Positions 32,701 through 43,440 of a stretch of 64,000 bases of DNA are shown here, in pieces. The DNA comes from an uncultured Planctomycetota bacterium (GTDB taxonomy: Bacteria > Planctomycetota > Planctomycetia > Isosphaerales > Isosphaeraceae). The stretch is from contig CAWJTV010000025.1 in the NCBI GenBank assembly GCA_963845755.1, forward strand, positions 160,001 to 224,000, given 5' to 3'. The stretch's first letter is position 1. Each line of letters opens with the position of its first letter. A program made the position numbers and the translations under genes. The notes under the pieces are model-generated. The model was not told the DNA's origin, did not search any database, and worked only from the letters and a program-made list of their open reading frames with translations.

Positions 32701-32816
32701 GACTGGCCGGCGGTGCCGATCCGGCCGAACTGGACCGTGTGCGCCGTATCGTCCAGCTCGATGGACCAGAACTTCCGGGATGTGTCTTCGATGAGCTGGA
32801 ACTCGCGTCAACTCAT
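29732..32816 (-). CDS. WGR + DUF4132 domain protein, paralog 1; in-frame TGA at codon 3 and frameshift near 29810
   Basis: ATG AGT TGA CGC GAG TTC at 32816-32799, in frame with ORF 29775-32591. The WGR sequence is otherwise intact. The C-terminus re-joins as VVISEVLGTLGVLASKGK*. Confidence 0.85.
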
Positions 32817-33012
32817 GATGTCCTCTGCGTAAGTCCATCGCGGGGTAGGCGGCGAGCGGTGAAGGGTTCCGGAAAAAAGGACGAGCGGTCCCGGACCGAT
32901 CGTCAGCGCCGCCGCGCCCTATTATACTCGTCGGGAGGTGAACGACGATGGATTCCACCGGAGGGCGAGGAGCCATTAGTCCCGGCCCCAGGGCAAGATG
33001 GAATCGAGTCCC

Positions 33013-33451
33013 ATGAACCCCATCATCCGCATCCTCACCCCCTGCGACGCTCCCGTACTCGACCGCGTGGCTCCGTGCGTCTTCGACCATGCCGTCGATC
33101 CCCGCTGGACGTCGGAGTTCCTGGCCGACACGCGGCATCACCTCGCCGTCGCCGTCGACGCGGACCAGGTCGTCGGCATGGCGTCGGCGGTGCACTATGT
33201 CCACCCCGACAAGCCGCCCGAGCTCTGGATCAACGAGGTCGCGGTGGCTCCGACGCATCGGGCTCAGGGCATCGGTCGCCGGCTACTCGAGGCGCTGATT
33301 CGAACGTGGCCGTAGCCTGGGCTGCCGGCAGGCGTGGGTGGCCACCGAACCGGCGAACTTGCCCGCCAGGCGTCTCTATGCGGCAGCGGGCGGCGAGGAA
33401 GCGCCCGAGCCGTTCGTCATGATCGAGTTTCGCCTGATGTCGGAAGATTAG
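33013..33451 (+). CDS. GNAT family N-acetyltransferase (frameshift near 33300)
   Basis: VFDHAVD, HYVHPDKPPELWINEVAVAPTHRAQGIGRRLL; continues AWVATEPANLPARRLYAAAGG. Confidence 0.85.
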
Positions 33452-33555
33452 GCCGCCCCTCGACCGACTCGCTCCGAGCCGGTTGCCCGGCTTCCAAGTT
33501 GGCACGCTCAGTCCCGGCGTCGTTCTGCTCCCATGAATGACTGTCCGAGAGCCGT

Positions 33556-33616
33556 GTATGGTGGGTGAAACCCACCAGAGAAAGGGCCCGATCTCGGTAA
33601 GTTTCACCCACATGAC
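33556..33616. repeat. GTAG-family REP doublet (degenerate copy)
   Basis: GTATGGTGGGTGAAACCCACC..GTAAGTTTCACCCACATGAC; related to 37289-37348. Confidence 0.7.
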
Positions 33617-33701
33617 AAATCTCGGATGCCGTCCTCGAACCGTTTCGGATTCCTGGCCGGCGACCGCATCGAAGTTGACCCTTCTCTCCTCAACGACCTC
33701 A

Positions 33702-34226
33702 TCAACCGACCTTCGAGTTGTCGGGTTTTGCGACGGGGGTCTCATGGACCGCCGGCTTCTTTCGCTCCGCGTCATTGGGATCGAGATAGCGGGTCGGCGT
33801 GCACTCGACATCGGGTGAGAAAGCATTTTCTTCGGAGTGGTCGGTGCGCCGATAGATAATGCGGCACTCCTTGATCTTGACGATATCCGCCTGACTCCGG
33901 CTGCTGGTGCGCCCCAGCTTCGCGATCTTTAATATTTCTGCCGGAATTTGAGGACTGATTTCGGCCGTCTTCGAGCCCTCGATCTTGAGCGTTCGAGAGC
34001 CCTCCGTAACCTCTTCCGCCCGAACGATTTCGTAACCCTCGGGGAAATGTTGGCCCATCATCTTCTCGGCCTTGCGATGGAAGTGGGTCGGCCATCGATT
34101 CGTGTTCTCGGGCATGCCGATCACGCCGTAATCCCGGTCCTGATAGACATAACGCACCGACTGAGTCGTGGCGCACCCCGAGCTGAGCAAGGCGAGCAGC
34201 GAGAGTCGAAAAACCCAGGCGCGCAT
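33702..34226 (-). CDS. Hypothetical lipoprotein
   Basis: Lipobox LSLLALLSSGC; GGAGG RBS; FPEGYEIVRAEEV, KECRIIYR. Confidence 0.75.
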   Translation of the reverse strand: MRAWVFRLSLLALLSSGCATTQSVRYVYQDRDYGVIGMPENTNRWPTHFHRKAEKMMGQHFPEGYEIVRAEEVTEGSRTLKIEGSKTAEISPQIPAEILKIAKLGRTSSRSQADIVKIKECRIIYRRTDHSEENAFSPDVECTPTRYLDPNDAERKKPAVHETPVAKPDNSKVG

Positions 34227-34420
34227 GGTATCCTCCCCATGGCCGGCCCTGGAGGCCGCACGGTTAACTTGACGTGTCAGGCAATTTAGAGAAGTCAGAT
34301 CCGAGTCGCGGGTTGCGTCCGAGGTGCATTCCTTGTCAAGGCAAATTTCGCGCCTCAGGGGATTGTATGAGGCGGAGTCTCACCTTTCAATGGCCTTTGG
34401 AATAGACAGCCCTCAACCCT

Positions 34421-34759
34421 TCAACTTTTCTTCGCGGCGGCCTTCTTTTTCTTGGCGCCCCCGGACGGCTTGGTCGCTTTCGTCGTGGCCTTCTTCGCGA
34501 CCTTCACGGCCGCCTTCTTCGCCTCGGGCTTGGCCGCTTTCACCGTGGCCTTCTTCGCGGCGGCCGGCTTCTTGGGAGCCGCCTTCTTGGCCTTGGCCTT
34601 GGGCGACGTCTTGGCGCGTTTCGGCGGGGTCTTCCCCGTCGGCATCATCTCGCCGACCGAGTGGACGACCTTCGCTCCCGCGTCGACCACGACCTCGGCC
34701 CCTGCGGCCACGGCGTTGCCAATCTTCTCCAGGACGCCCTTGGACTTCTTCTTCGCCAT
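34421..34759 (-). CDS. Lys/Ala-rich histone-H1-like small basic protein
   Basis: MAKKKSKG..KAKAKKAAPKKPAAAKKATVKAAKPEAKKAAVKVAKKATTK; GAGG RBS. Confidence 0.75.
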   Translation of the reverse strand: MAKKKSKGVLEKIGNAVAAGAEVVVDAGAKVVHSVGEMMPTGKTPPKRAKTSPKAKAKKAAPKKPAAAKKATVKAAKPEAKKAAVKVAKKATTKATKPSGGAKKKKAAAKKS

Positions 34760-35078
34760 CGGATGCCTCTTGGGTGTTGAAGGGACCTCCCTATCCGAGA
34801 ATGGACCGACACGACCGGCGGCCCGCGCATCCGTCATGCGCTCTATTAGAGCACGTTCGAGGCCGAATCGGTGCGCGATTTCCTGGATTTGGGCAAGAGA
34901 CTGTTCCAGAAATGATGGTTATTCGGCCGTGATCACGATAGGCTCATCGGTCCGGTAATCTCGGAACGGATCTCGGCACCGACGGGCCACGTCGATTTTG
35001 CCGTAGTATCCCCTTGCCTCGGGCAACCGGCTGGCCTCCAATGAGGGTCCTCGAATCGCCGTCGGAGGGAGGTCGATC

Positions 35079-37251
35079 ATGGTGCGCTCGGGTTCGCTAA
35101 CGGTTCGCGGAATCATCACCGTGCTGGTCCTGATGGGCTTACATGGACAGTGCGGCCCAGCACACGGCCGTCCGGCCGGAGCCGTCGAGGTCGACCTCAA
35201 CGGGCTCGGGGTCGTGCTGGACGAGAAGTCGGGGAGCCTGTTACGGCTATCGTATCCCGGGATCGGGACGATCCTCGAGGCCGCGCCCGGGAGCGGCAGC
35301 CTCATCGACCTGGCCTATCCCGTCCCCGATTTCGAGCCGCTGCGCCTGGCGCCGCGGTTCTCGGAGGGGGCCGAGGTCCGCGCTTCGGGCGGGCGCGTCG
35401 AGATCGCCTGGAAGGCCATGGGGCCGAGCCGGCCATTCAAGCTGGAGGGCCGTGTCGCCGTCACCGTCCGGCTCCGGGCGCACGACGACGGCCGATCGGT
35501 CGTGATGAGCTGCACGGTCGAGAACCATTCGCCCGTAGCGGTGCGCCAGGTCCTCTTCCCCGACCTCGCCGGCCTGCGGCCGTTCGCAGGCGAACGGGGA
35601 ACGCAGTTCCGCACGGCGGGCTTCGCAAGCCGGCCGTTCGAGGAGCTGAAGCGGCCCGAGCACGGGGCGCCGTTCTATGCGCCCGACTCCGCCGGCGGTG
35701 CCGTCGAATATGCCTCGGGCGGCTACTTCGGCTCCACGCCGATGATCGCGAAATGGATGGACTTCGGCGGCCTCAAAGGCGGCTTCAGCCTGTTCCGCCG
35801 GCGGTGGAGCTTCGAGCCCGACAATGCGGACGACGCCGTGCAGGAGCGGGTGCGCCTGCACCTCTCGGAGCTCGACCAGACGTTGCGGCTGATGTGCGTC
35901 CACAAGGTGAACCTCGCGCAGGGCCAGACGTGGACGAGCGAGGAATACGTGCTCACGCCCCACCGTGCCGGCTGGGCCGCCGGGATCGTGCCCTACCGCG
36001 CGTGGGTCAAGGAGCACCTGAAGCGCGAGCATCCCGTGCCCGACCACGTCCGCAAGGGCCTGGGATTCCGCACGATCTGGATGTCGCAGAACTATCCGAA
36101 CGTGCCCGGCGGCGACCACAACTTCCGATTCGCCGACCTGCCGATGCTGGCCCGCGAGTCGAAGGAGCACGGCATCGACGAACTGTGCCTCTGGGATTGG
36201 AACCTGGGCCTTCAGGTCCCGATCCCTCCGCCGTATCCCTCGGTCGGTACCGAGAAGGACCTGGTCAACGCGGTGGCCGAGTGCAAGCGGCTGGGCGTCA
36301 ACGTGAACCTGTTCATCTCCGTCATGGGCCTGGCCAACCCCAGCGCCCGGAGTTACGGCCTGACTCCTCCCGAGGAAGGCGGCTGGACGTATCACACCGA
36401 GTTCATCCCCCGGTTCCGGCCCGACTACGGCAAGGGGTTGTTGACCGCCTACATCAGCCCGACGAACCCGCGCTGGCAACGGGAGGTGCTCGCGTCGTGC
36501 CGGCATCTGATCGACCTGGGCTGCCCGTCGATCGGCTGGGACCAGTTCGCCGATTCGCCGACCCAGCCGAGCCTCTTCACCCTCATCCCGGAGGTCCGCA
36601 GGTTGGCCAAACGGCGCGACCCGCAATCCACGCTCAACGGCGAGTCGGCCAGCAACATCGACAACGACGCGCGCTACCTCGATTACACCTGGGACTGGTT
36701 CAGCTACCCGGCCACCGGCGACCCCCGCCCGTTCGCCAGCGCCTACCCGGCCCCCCGGCTGAACATCGGCATCGACCGCTCGCCCCGCGACGTGCGCCTC
36801 GGCTTCATGGACAACCTCTACCTGAACCTGATGCCCTCCAGGCCAGGGGGCACCAACGGCTCGGGCCGGATCACCAGCTACCCCGCGCTGGGCCAGGCCC
36901 TGAAGCAATGCGCCCGCCTGCGAGCGCAGTTCCTCCCTTATTTCACCGAAGGGACGCCGATCGGCGATTGCCTCCTCTCCGAGGAGAGCACCGGCGCCCA
37001 CGTCAGCGCCTACGTCCTGCCCGGCAAGGCCCTGCTGATCGTCTTCAATGAGGTCGACGACGCGCCCGATCCCCGTGTCCTGCGACCTGGCCCCGTGGAT
37101 CGAATCGGCCAGTGGAAAGTACGAGGCCCGCTCCTTCGACATAGCCGGCCAGCCGCTGGGCGTCGAGCCGATCGATCGCCCCGCCTGGCGGACCCAGACC
37201 CCGCGGCTGGAGCGCTACGGGTTGGTCCTCTACGAAATCGAAGCGCGATGA
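35079..37251 (+). CDS. Secreted hypothetical protein with probable glycoside-hydrolase-like TIM barrel (frameshift near 37065)
   Basis: 726 aa ORF with a hydrophobic N-terminus; RFADLPMLARESKEHGIDEL, AVAECKRLGVNV, GCPSIGWDQF, NGES. The true C-terminus is probably ORF 37048-37251. Confidence 0.6.
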
Positions 37252-37288
37252 GACTCTGAGAACCGTCCGGGTACGACATCCGGCCTTT

Positions 37289-37348
37289 GTAGGGTGGGTG
37301 AAACCCACCAGGATCGGCCCACTTCCTGGTGGGTTTCACCCACCCGAC
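37289..37348. repeat. GTAG-family REP doublet (REPIN-like)
   Basis: GTAGGGTGGGTGAAACCCACCAGGA / TCCTGGTGGGTTTCACCCACCCGAC inverted pair. Confidence 0.8.
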
Positions 37349-37525
37349 TCAGTCCTCGGATCGTCTCGAAGCCCATAATCGGCCCTCGCGATCTCCAGAA
37401 GCATCGTGTCGTCGATATGGCGGCGAGCGCAATCGAGCCAGAGTTCAGCGGACGCGGGAAGCGCGGCGATCAGCGCGGCGGGGAGGTCCATCACCACCCA
37501 CTCTCCTTCGACCGCCGATCGCCGA

Positions 37526-38213
37526 TCATGGTCCCTCTTGGTCCCCTCCAGGCCCTGGCGTCAACGTCGGGACCCACTCGCGCAGCGACTGTCCCCAGCG
37601 CGACTCGGGAACCCCACGACAGAGGGCCAAGGCATGGAGGACTCGCTCGGGCGTCAACAAGGGCAGGCAATCGCTCCGCGGGATCGGAGTGTAAGTCCCG
37701 TCAACCTGGAGGCGACCAAACCAGAGCGAGCCGGTCCGGGCATCGTAGCGCCAGACTTCGGGGACTCGCAAGGCGGCGTAGATCGGTAGCTTGTCCCGCG
37801 AGTCGTTGGAGTCGTCAACCTCGATCGCCAGGTCGGGCGGCGGGTCAACGGCCAGATCGATCTCGTCCTTGTCGCGGATCAAGGGCTCGTGGGCGAGATA
37901 GAAACACGTGTCGGATTCTTTGCCGGCCTCATCGTCTTCTCGGCGAAGCGTCGTGGAACCGGCGCAGGCAGGGGATACCCAGCGCGACCACGAGTTCCCA
38001 CACCACGCGGTCGAGTCGTCGGTTGTACTTCTCATGGCGGTATCGCGGGGACGTGAGCTCGAGGGTTCCTCGATAGTACTCCATCCGCAAGTGGCGGTGG
38101 GCGTCATCATCGCGCAGTCCGACGTAGACGCCCCAGGCCACGTTGTGCAGCACCACCCGATCGGCGTCCTTCAAGAGCTCGTCGATTGGCGGAATACGGG
38201 TCGTGGTTGACAT
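37526..38213 (-). CDS. Uma2 (DUF820) family PD-(D/E)xK endonuclease-like protein (frameshift near 37965)
   Basis: VVLHNVAWGVY, RMEYYRGTLELTSPRYRHE / GSTTLRR..GKESDTCFY, PPPDLAIEVD, KLPIYAALRVPEVWRYD. Confidence 0.9.
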
Positions 38214-38435
38214 GGTGACCCCTCCCTCAAGCACCAGGGGTTATCCCCGAAGACGGTCAGGATCAGCCTACCAGGATTTGACCGGTTGTTCCATCAGACC
38301 TCATGATCCATCCCATCGGCTAGCCGGCTCGCGATGGATAGGAACGGATGTTGGACCAATTGGGCCGATGGAGGCTCCTGAGGCAGGCGCGATCCCCGAA
38401 GAACTGGGCGTGGCTCCCGGATGACAGGGAGCGGC

Positions 38436-41400
38436 TCATGGGGAATCGCCGGAGTCTTCGCTCTCTCCCGGACCGTTCTCGTTTTTCTCGGCTTCCTTCT
38501 CCGCTCGGAGGTTTTCGATGGCGGCAGCCACCTTGTCCTCCCAGGGGAACTTTTCATCCTTCGCCGGGTCGTAGGGCGGCAGGTTGGGAATCTCGACGCC
38601 AAGTTGCGTCAGCAGGGCCGTGGCTTTGTTCAATTCGTAGCGGCGGACGTAAGGCTCCCCATCAGCCCAGGCCCGATGGTAGGCGGCGAGGGCGTGTTTC
38701 TTCGCTTGCTTGGGGTCGCCGATGGCCAGCCAGAGTTCGGCGAGTGCGAGACTGTTGATGTAGCTGGCCTCGGCGAGTTGCTCGGCCTCGCGCCGGGGAT
38801 CTTCGAGCTGGCCGAGATGAAACCGGGCGAGCGCGAGCTGCGTCTCGGCCTTCGCATCGATCGTGTTGACTTCGCGGGCCATGCGCACGGCCTCATGGAG
38901 ACTCTTGGCGGCAAGGGCCCACTGGCCCTGCTCGATCTGCCACACGCCCCGCAAGCCGTGAAGGTCTCGCACGGTCATGCGGTTCTTGCCTTCCATTGCC
39001 GATCGCTCGGCAGCGGCAAGATGCTCTTCCCGCAAATCTCCCTTCTGAAACTGAAACCGAGCGTAATCACACTCCGCCATGCCGGGACGGTAGATTTCAC
39101 GCCCCCAATCGCGCCCCATGGGATCAAGAAGGTGCCAGATGGCTTCGGCGTCAGCCCATCGACCTGTGATAAAGAAACTGGCAAAGCGCAACAGCCGGTA
39201 GATGAAAAGGTGTTCGTCGGCGTCCGTCAAGACGGCTAGATCTTGAATCAGTGAGAAGAACGCGTTCCACCTTACTGAGAAGATTCTGAGTTGTTAGATT
39301 ACTAGATATGTTTCTTAAAGTAGTTGCCACATATTCTAAATTTCTTAATCTCCAGATAGGCGAGAAGGGCAGCACCGTAGGCGGCGAGTGCTTCTTTCGG
39401 TTCGATCAGAGTAATCCAGAATGAGGGCAGCATCGTTTGTCAGATAAGATCCGTAATCCTCATCCACAGCACTGGGCAGCGTGTCCCAGCCGTTGCGGAA
39501 GAAAGGCTGCAGCAGAGACAAAGACTCCGCATAGGCTTCCAGGTTGAAGAAGAGCGCATTGGACAGGTCACCTCGGTAAGCATCGTAAGCCTCCTGGAAT
39601 CGCCCCATCTTGAGGAGAGTCCGAACCACATGGAGGCCATCGCGGAGGTCATCCAGAGTCTCCGCCTGCTCGTAGGGGTTGTGGGTCTGCTGGGAGAAGT
39701 AGTCCACGACGCGTTGGCCATACTGGTCTCGTTCGTCCGCCCGAAGCCCGCCCGGAGCGACGCCGCGTACGACGGGGTGGAGGTCATACCGTTTGACCCG
39801 GCCATCGTATTGCAGCAGCCCCCGGCGCTCCAGGTCACGGACCGTTTTTTCCAGTTCCTTCGGGGCAGCGAGGTATTCTGGTGATCGGAGCCGTGCCTCA
39901 ACAGCCTGTTCGTATTCCTTCCGGCGCTGAAGGGCGGCTTGATACTCTTGACGTTCCTCCGTCTTCTCCTCGTCCGAGTTGTATTCCCACCGCCACGAGT
40001 GTTCAGGATGTTCAGGTTCCTCCACCTCCTCCGGCTCAGGCGGCAGGTGGGGATTGAGGGCGAGGAGTGTGGGAGAATCCACGGCTTCCGACAGGAGAGC
40101 CAGCGTGGAGAGAAGCTGGCGGCTTTTATCGGACAACGCGTCGAGGCCCGCTTTGAGGATGTGATTGCGCCTCTGGATCAGATCGAGGTCAGCGAGGTTG
40201 AGCTGGCCGCCGCCCGTAGGATCGTCGGCCCAGGCATCGAAATTCCCTCGATCCTTGAAGTAATCGTTGATGAGACCCGCCAGGACACCGATGACCAGCG
40301 GATGGCAATCGCAGTTTTTCGTGAGGTAGTCCTGAATCGCCCGGGAGTCGCCCCTGACACCACAAGAGCGGAGAAGCTCTTCGGCGTCCGCGGGACGCAG
40401 GCCGGGAAGGGAGATGCGCTGAACGCCCGGGATGGCCTGACCTGCCGCATTCAGCAGGACACGGGGCACGAGCCGGGAGCTGATGAGCACCTTGGACGGG
40501 GCGACGGAAGCGAGGGCGCGGAGTAAGTCATCGTCCTCGGGCCGGATCGCGGCGCAGGGGTCGCGCGCGGCGATCTTATCGGTCGGCCTGTTGGCTTCTT
40601 CATCAGGGACCTCGGCCGCGTCGATGCGATGGTAAGCGACGAGCACACGCTCCAGGCCATCGAGGATGAACAGCCACGGGCTCTGCCTGAAGATAGCGGA
40701 GAAGCCATTCCGCCAGTTCCGGAGTCTTTTTCTTGGCAAAGTCTTCCAGCGGTCGACCGGTGATATAGGCCAGGGCACGCCGACAGAAGTCGGCCATGAT
40801 GGCCCCCTTCTCATAGAAGGAGTACCAGAAGCGGCCCTCCCAATCGGTGCGAACCCGGGTCGCGTGTTGGTTCGTCCACTCCCAGGTCAGCATGCTCTTG
40901 CCGTTGCCCCCAATGGCCTCGAACAACAGGACGGTATGAGGGTTGGCTGGCTGGGCCCAGTCACTCAGGACGTCGAGTTGAGCCTGACGGCCAATGAAGC
41001 TGGTTCGAAGTGATATAGACGGGCTCAGCGTAGAAGGCCGGGAGGTTTGGGGATGGGGACGTGATCGGCGGATCTCCGTCCACGGTCCCCGGTTCGACCG
41101 GTTGATTCCGATTGTGCATCCAGATGGCGACGGAGTTCGGCGAGAGACGGGCCGATCTTTTCCTGGAACTCTTCGAGGCTATCGAACGTCGCATACACGC
41201 GATGCACCAACGAATCGGCCGTCATCTTCTTGGCCCGTTCCCGGAAGGTATTCAGCTTCTTCCGTTTCGCGGCGATGGTCTCGACATGGTCCTTCTGCAC
41301 GAGATGGTCGTCGCCCATGATGAATAGCAGGATGGGACGACCCAGGCGCAGTGCTTCATTGAACTCGAGCTCGGTGATGGAGAGGTTGTCGGGATTGCGG

Positions 41401-41655
41401 TCAGGGCATTTGGGTATCTGGCCATATTTCTGGCTGATGACACCAATGTAGGCCGAGCCATCACGAACCATCTGGAGTGAGGAATCGAGGACGTCAATGA
41501 GTTTGGCCGAATCGTTCTCCATGGCGACAGCGGTCATCCCCTTCGCCTGTGATTGCCTTGATCAAAACGGCGCGATGGTCCTTCAAATCCGTGAAGGTGC
41601 TCGATACCGTGACCCCAGGAAAAAGCCGTGGAGCGTGTTGATCGTCGGTCGTCAT
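38436..41655 (-). CDS. DUF4062 + P-loop (STAND/NB-ARC-like) NTPase + TPR protein; at least 5 frameshifts, possibly a pseudogene
   Basis: DUF4062 motifs VSSTFTDLKDHR, AYIGVISQKYG, SITELEFNEA; Walker A AIGGNGKS; Walker B LFILDGLER; LISSR, HPLVIGVLAG, YDLHPVVR; TPR-like C-terminus. Confidence 0.8.
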
Positions 41656-41882
41656 AACGCCCTCGGATCGAATACGTGAGGACTTATCGCTTATGGTGTG
41701 CTTCGACTGGAAAAGCCATTATCCCATCCTATCGACTCGACGGAAAGAGGGCCGTCGCCAGGCGATCGGCTACGATTCCTCCGGCTTGGAGCAGACGACG
41801 CAATGGCTGCCGAGACGGTCGTAGGCCGACCGGAACATGCGGATGGACCTTCGCACGATCTGGGCCGGTGGGAGGGGATTAT

Positions 41883-41986
41883 CTCGTTCCCACGCTCCTG
41901 CGTGGGAATGCCGTCCCGGCCGCTCTGCGGCCCCGGCGACGCGGAGCGTCGCACCCGGACGTTCCCACGCAGAGCATGGGAACGAG
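41883..41986. repeat. CGTTC-family REP doublet
   Basis: CTCGTTCCCACGCTCCTGCGTGGGAATG .. TTCCCACGCAGAGCATGGGAACGAG; second copy at 47919-48037. Confidence 0.85.
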
Positions 41987-42040
41987 AATTCCCCTGGCGT
42001 CAGGAAGATGCCAGGCCCTGGCAAAAGAATGAACGCATTC

Positions 42041-42072
42041 CTCTCTGTGCTCTCTGTGTCCTCTGCGGTGAG
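42041..42072. repeat. Short CTCTGTG tandem intergenic repeat
   Basis: CTCTCTGTGCTCTCTGTGTCCTCTGCGGTG. Confidence 0.55.
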
Positions 42073-42189
42073 TCTCTTCTAATTGGTTGCGACTCGGCCG
42101 CGCCGTGAGCACCGGCTTGTCCGTGCCCGTCTGCCTCGGTGTTCACGGAACGCCCTACCCACCGCATTCCCGGCTTCGCGTACACCTTT

Positions 42190-43271
42190 TCAAGTCAGCC
42201 GCACCGTGTGCCCGGTCGCGGCGGAGCGGCGGGCGGCGTCGAGGATCTCGGTGACGACCAGGTTATTCTGGAGCGACGAGAGCCCCGAGGGTTGGATCTC
42301 ACCCCGCACGACGGCGGCGAAATAGCGCAAGAAGTCGTCCCCGGGCGGCGCGAGCGGCGCCGACTGTCGGATCTCCTCCGGCTTCCCCGGCAAGCGGACT
42401 CGCAATCCGTTTTGCCCCATCGTCAGGGCCTGGCCGGTCCGGCCATAGACCTCCATGTCCTTCCGGTCGAACGGCCAGTTCCACGACGCCTGGATGATCG
42501 CCTGCGCCTGGGGATACTCCAGGATGATCGTCGCCTCGTCGTTGACCCGCGCGTAGATCTCGGGCTTGATCCGCTGAGTCACGGCGGTCACGGAGACCGG
42601 CCGCGCGTCGTCCATCAGCCAGGTCATCAGGTTGGCACCGTAGCAGCCGAAGTCGAAGAGCGCCCCGGCGCCGTTCTTCTCCGGGTCGGTGAGCCACGCC
42701 AGGAACTCGGGCTGCACGCCGATCTCCCTGGGCCCGCGATGCCCGGCGTGGACCACGACCTTGCGGATCTCGCCCAGCGCCTTCTCGTGCCTGGCCAGGG
42801 CATACGCCGCGTGATTGGACGGGTACCAGGTCGTCTCGTAGTTCACCAGCACGGGGATGCCGCCCTCGGCCGCGGCCCGCTCGATGGCGCGGGCCGGCTC
42901 CATGCCGACGGCGAGGGGCTTCTCCATCATCACCGGGATCTTGCGCCGGCGCAGGCGGCGACGACGGCGGGATGGCCGGCGGTGCTGGTGAAGGCGACCA
43001 CGGCCTGCGGCTTCGCCTTCTCGAGCATCGCCTCGAGCGATGGATAGATCGTCCCCGGGTCGGGCCGCGAGCGCCTGATGTATCGCTCGGCGACCGCGCG
43101 GTCGGGCTCGGAGATGCCGACCAGCTCGATGTCCGCTGAGCCTCGATAGCGCGCGAGGAACCCCGCCGCATGGCCGTGTTCCAACCCGGCCATGCCGAGC
43201 CTCAAGGGAGGGGCCGCCGCCCCGCACATCGCCCCGGCTGCCAGGGTCTCAAGGAACGTCCTGCGTCTCAT
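42190..43271 (-). CDS. Gfo/Idh/MocA family oxidoreductase, Tat signal (frameshift near 42945)
   Basis: MRRRTFLE; GMAGLEHGHA; VMMEKPLA; LVNYETTWY; GAGALFDFGCYG; SWNWPFDRKDMEVYG. Confidence 0.9.
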
Positions 43272-43374
43272 CCGCGGCTCCTTTCGTGGCTCGTGCTTCG
43301 TCCACCGTCACGCGAGAGATACCGATTGTACCGCGACCGAATCCCGGGCGATATTTTCCGGCGGGGGCCGTCTC

Positions 43375-43440
43375 GTAGGGTGCTCTGTGAGCACCGAATT
43401 TGGCAAAGGACACCGTCTCGGTGCTCACAGAGCACCCTAC
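43375..43440. repeat. GTAG-family REP doublet, perfect 23-bp inverted repeat
   Basis: GTAGGGTGCTCTGTGAGCACCGA / TCGGTGCTCACAGAGCACCCTAC. Confidence 0.85.

Noticed and set aside
32808..32810. TGA as a selenocysteine codon
   Set aside because: The aligned residue in the paralog is Arg rather than Cys, and no SECIS-like hairpin was evident.
34838..34855. GCGCTCTATTAGAGCAC, resembling the MITE terminal repeat
   Set aside because: Only a short palindrome with no partner end nearby.
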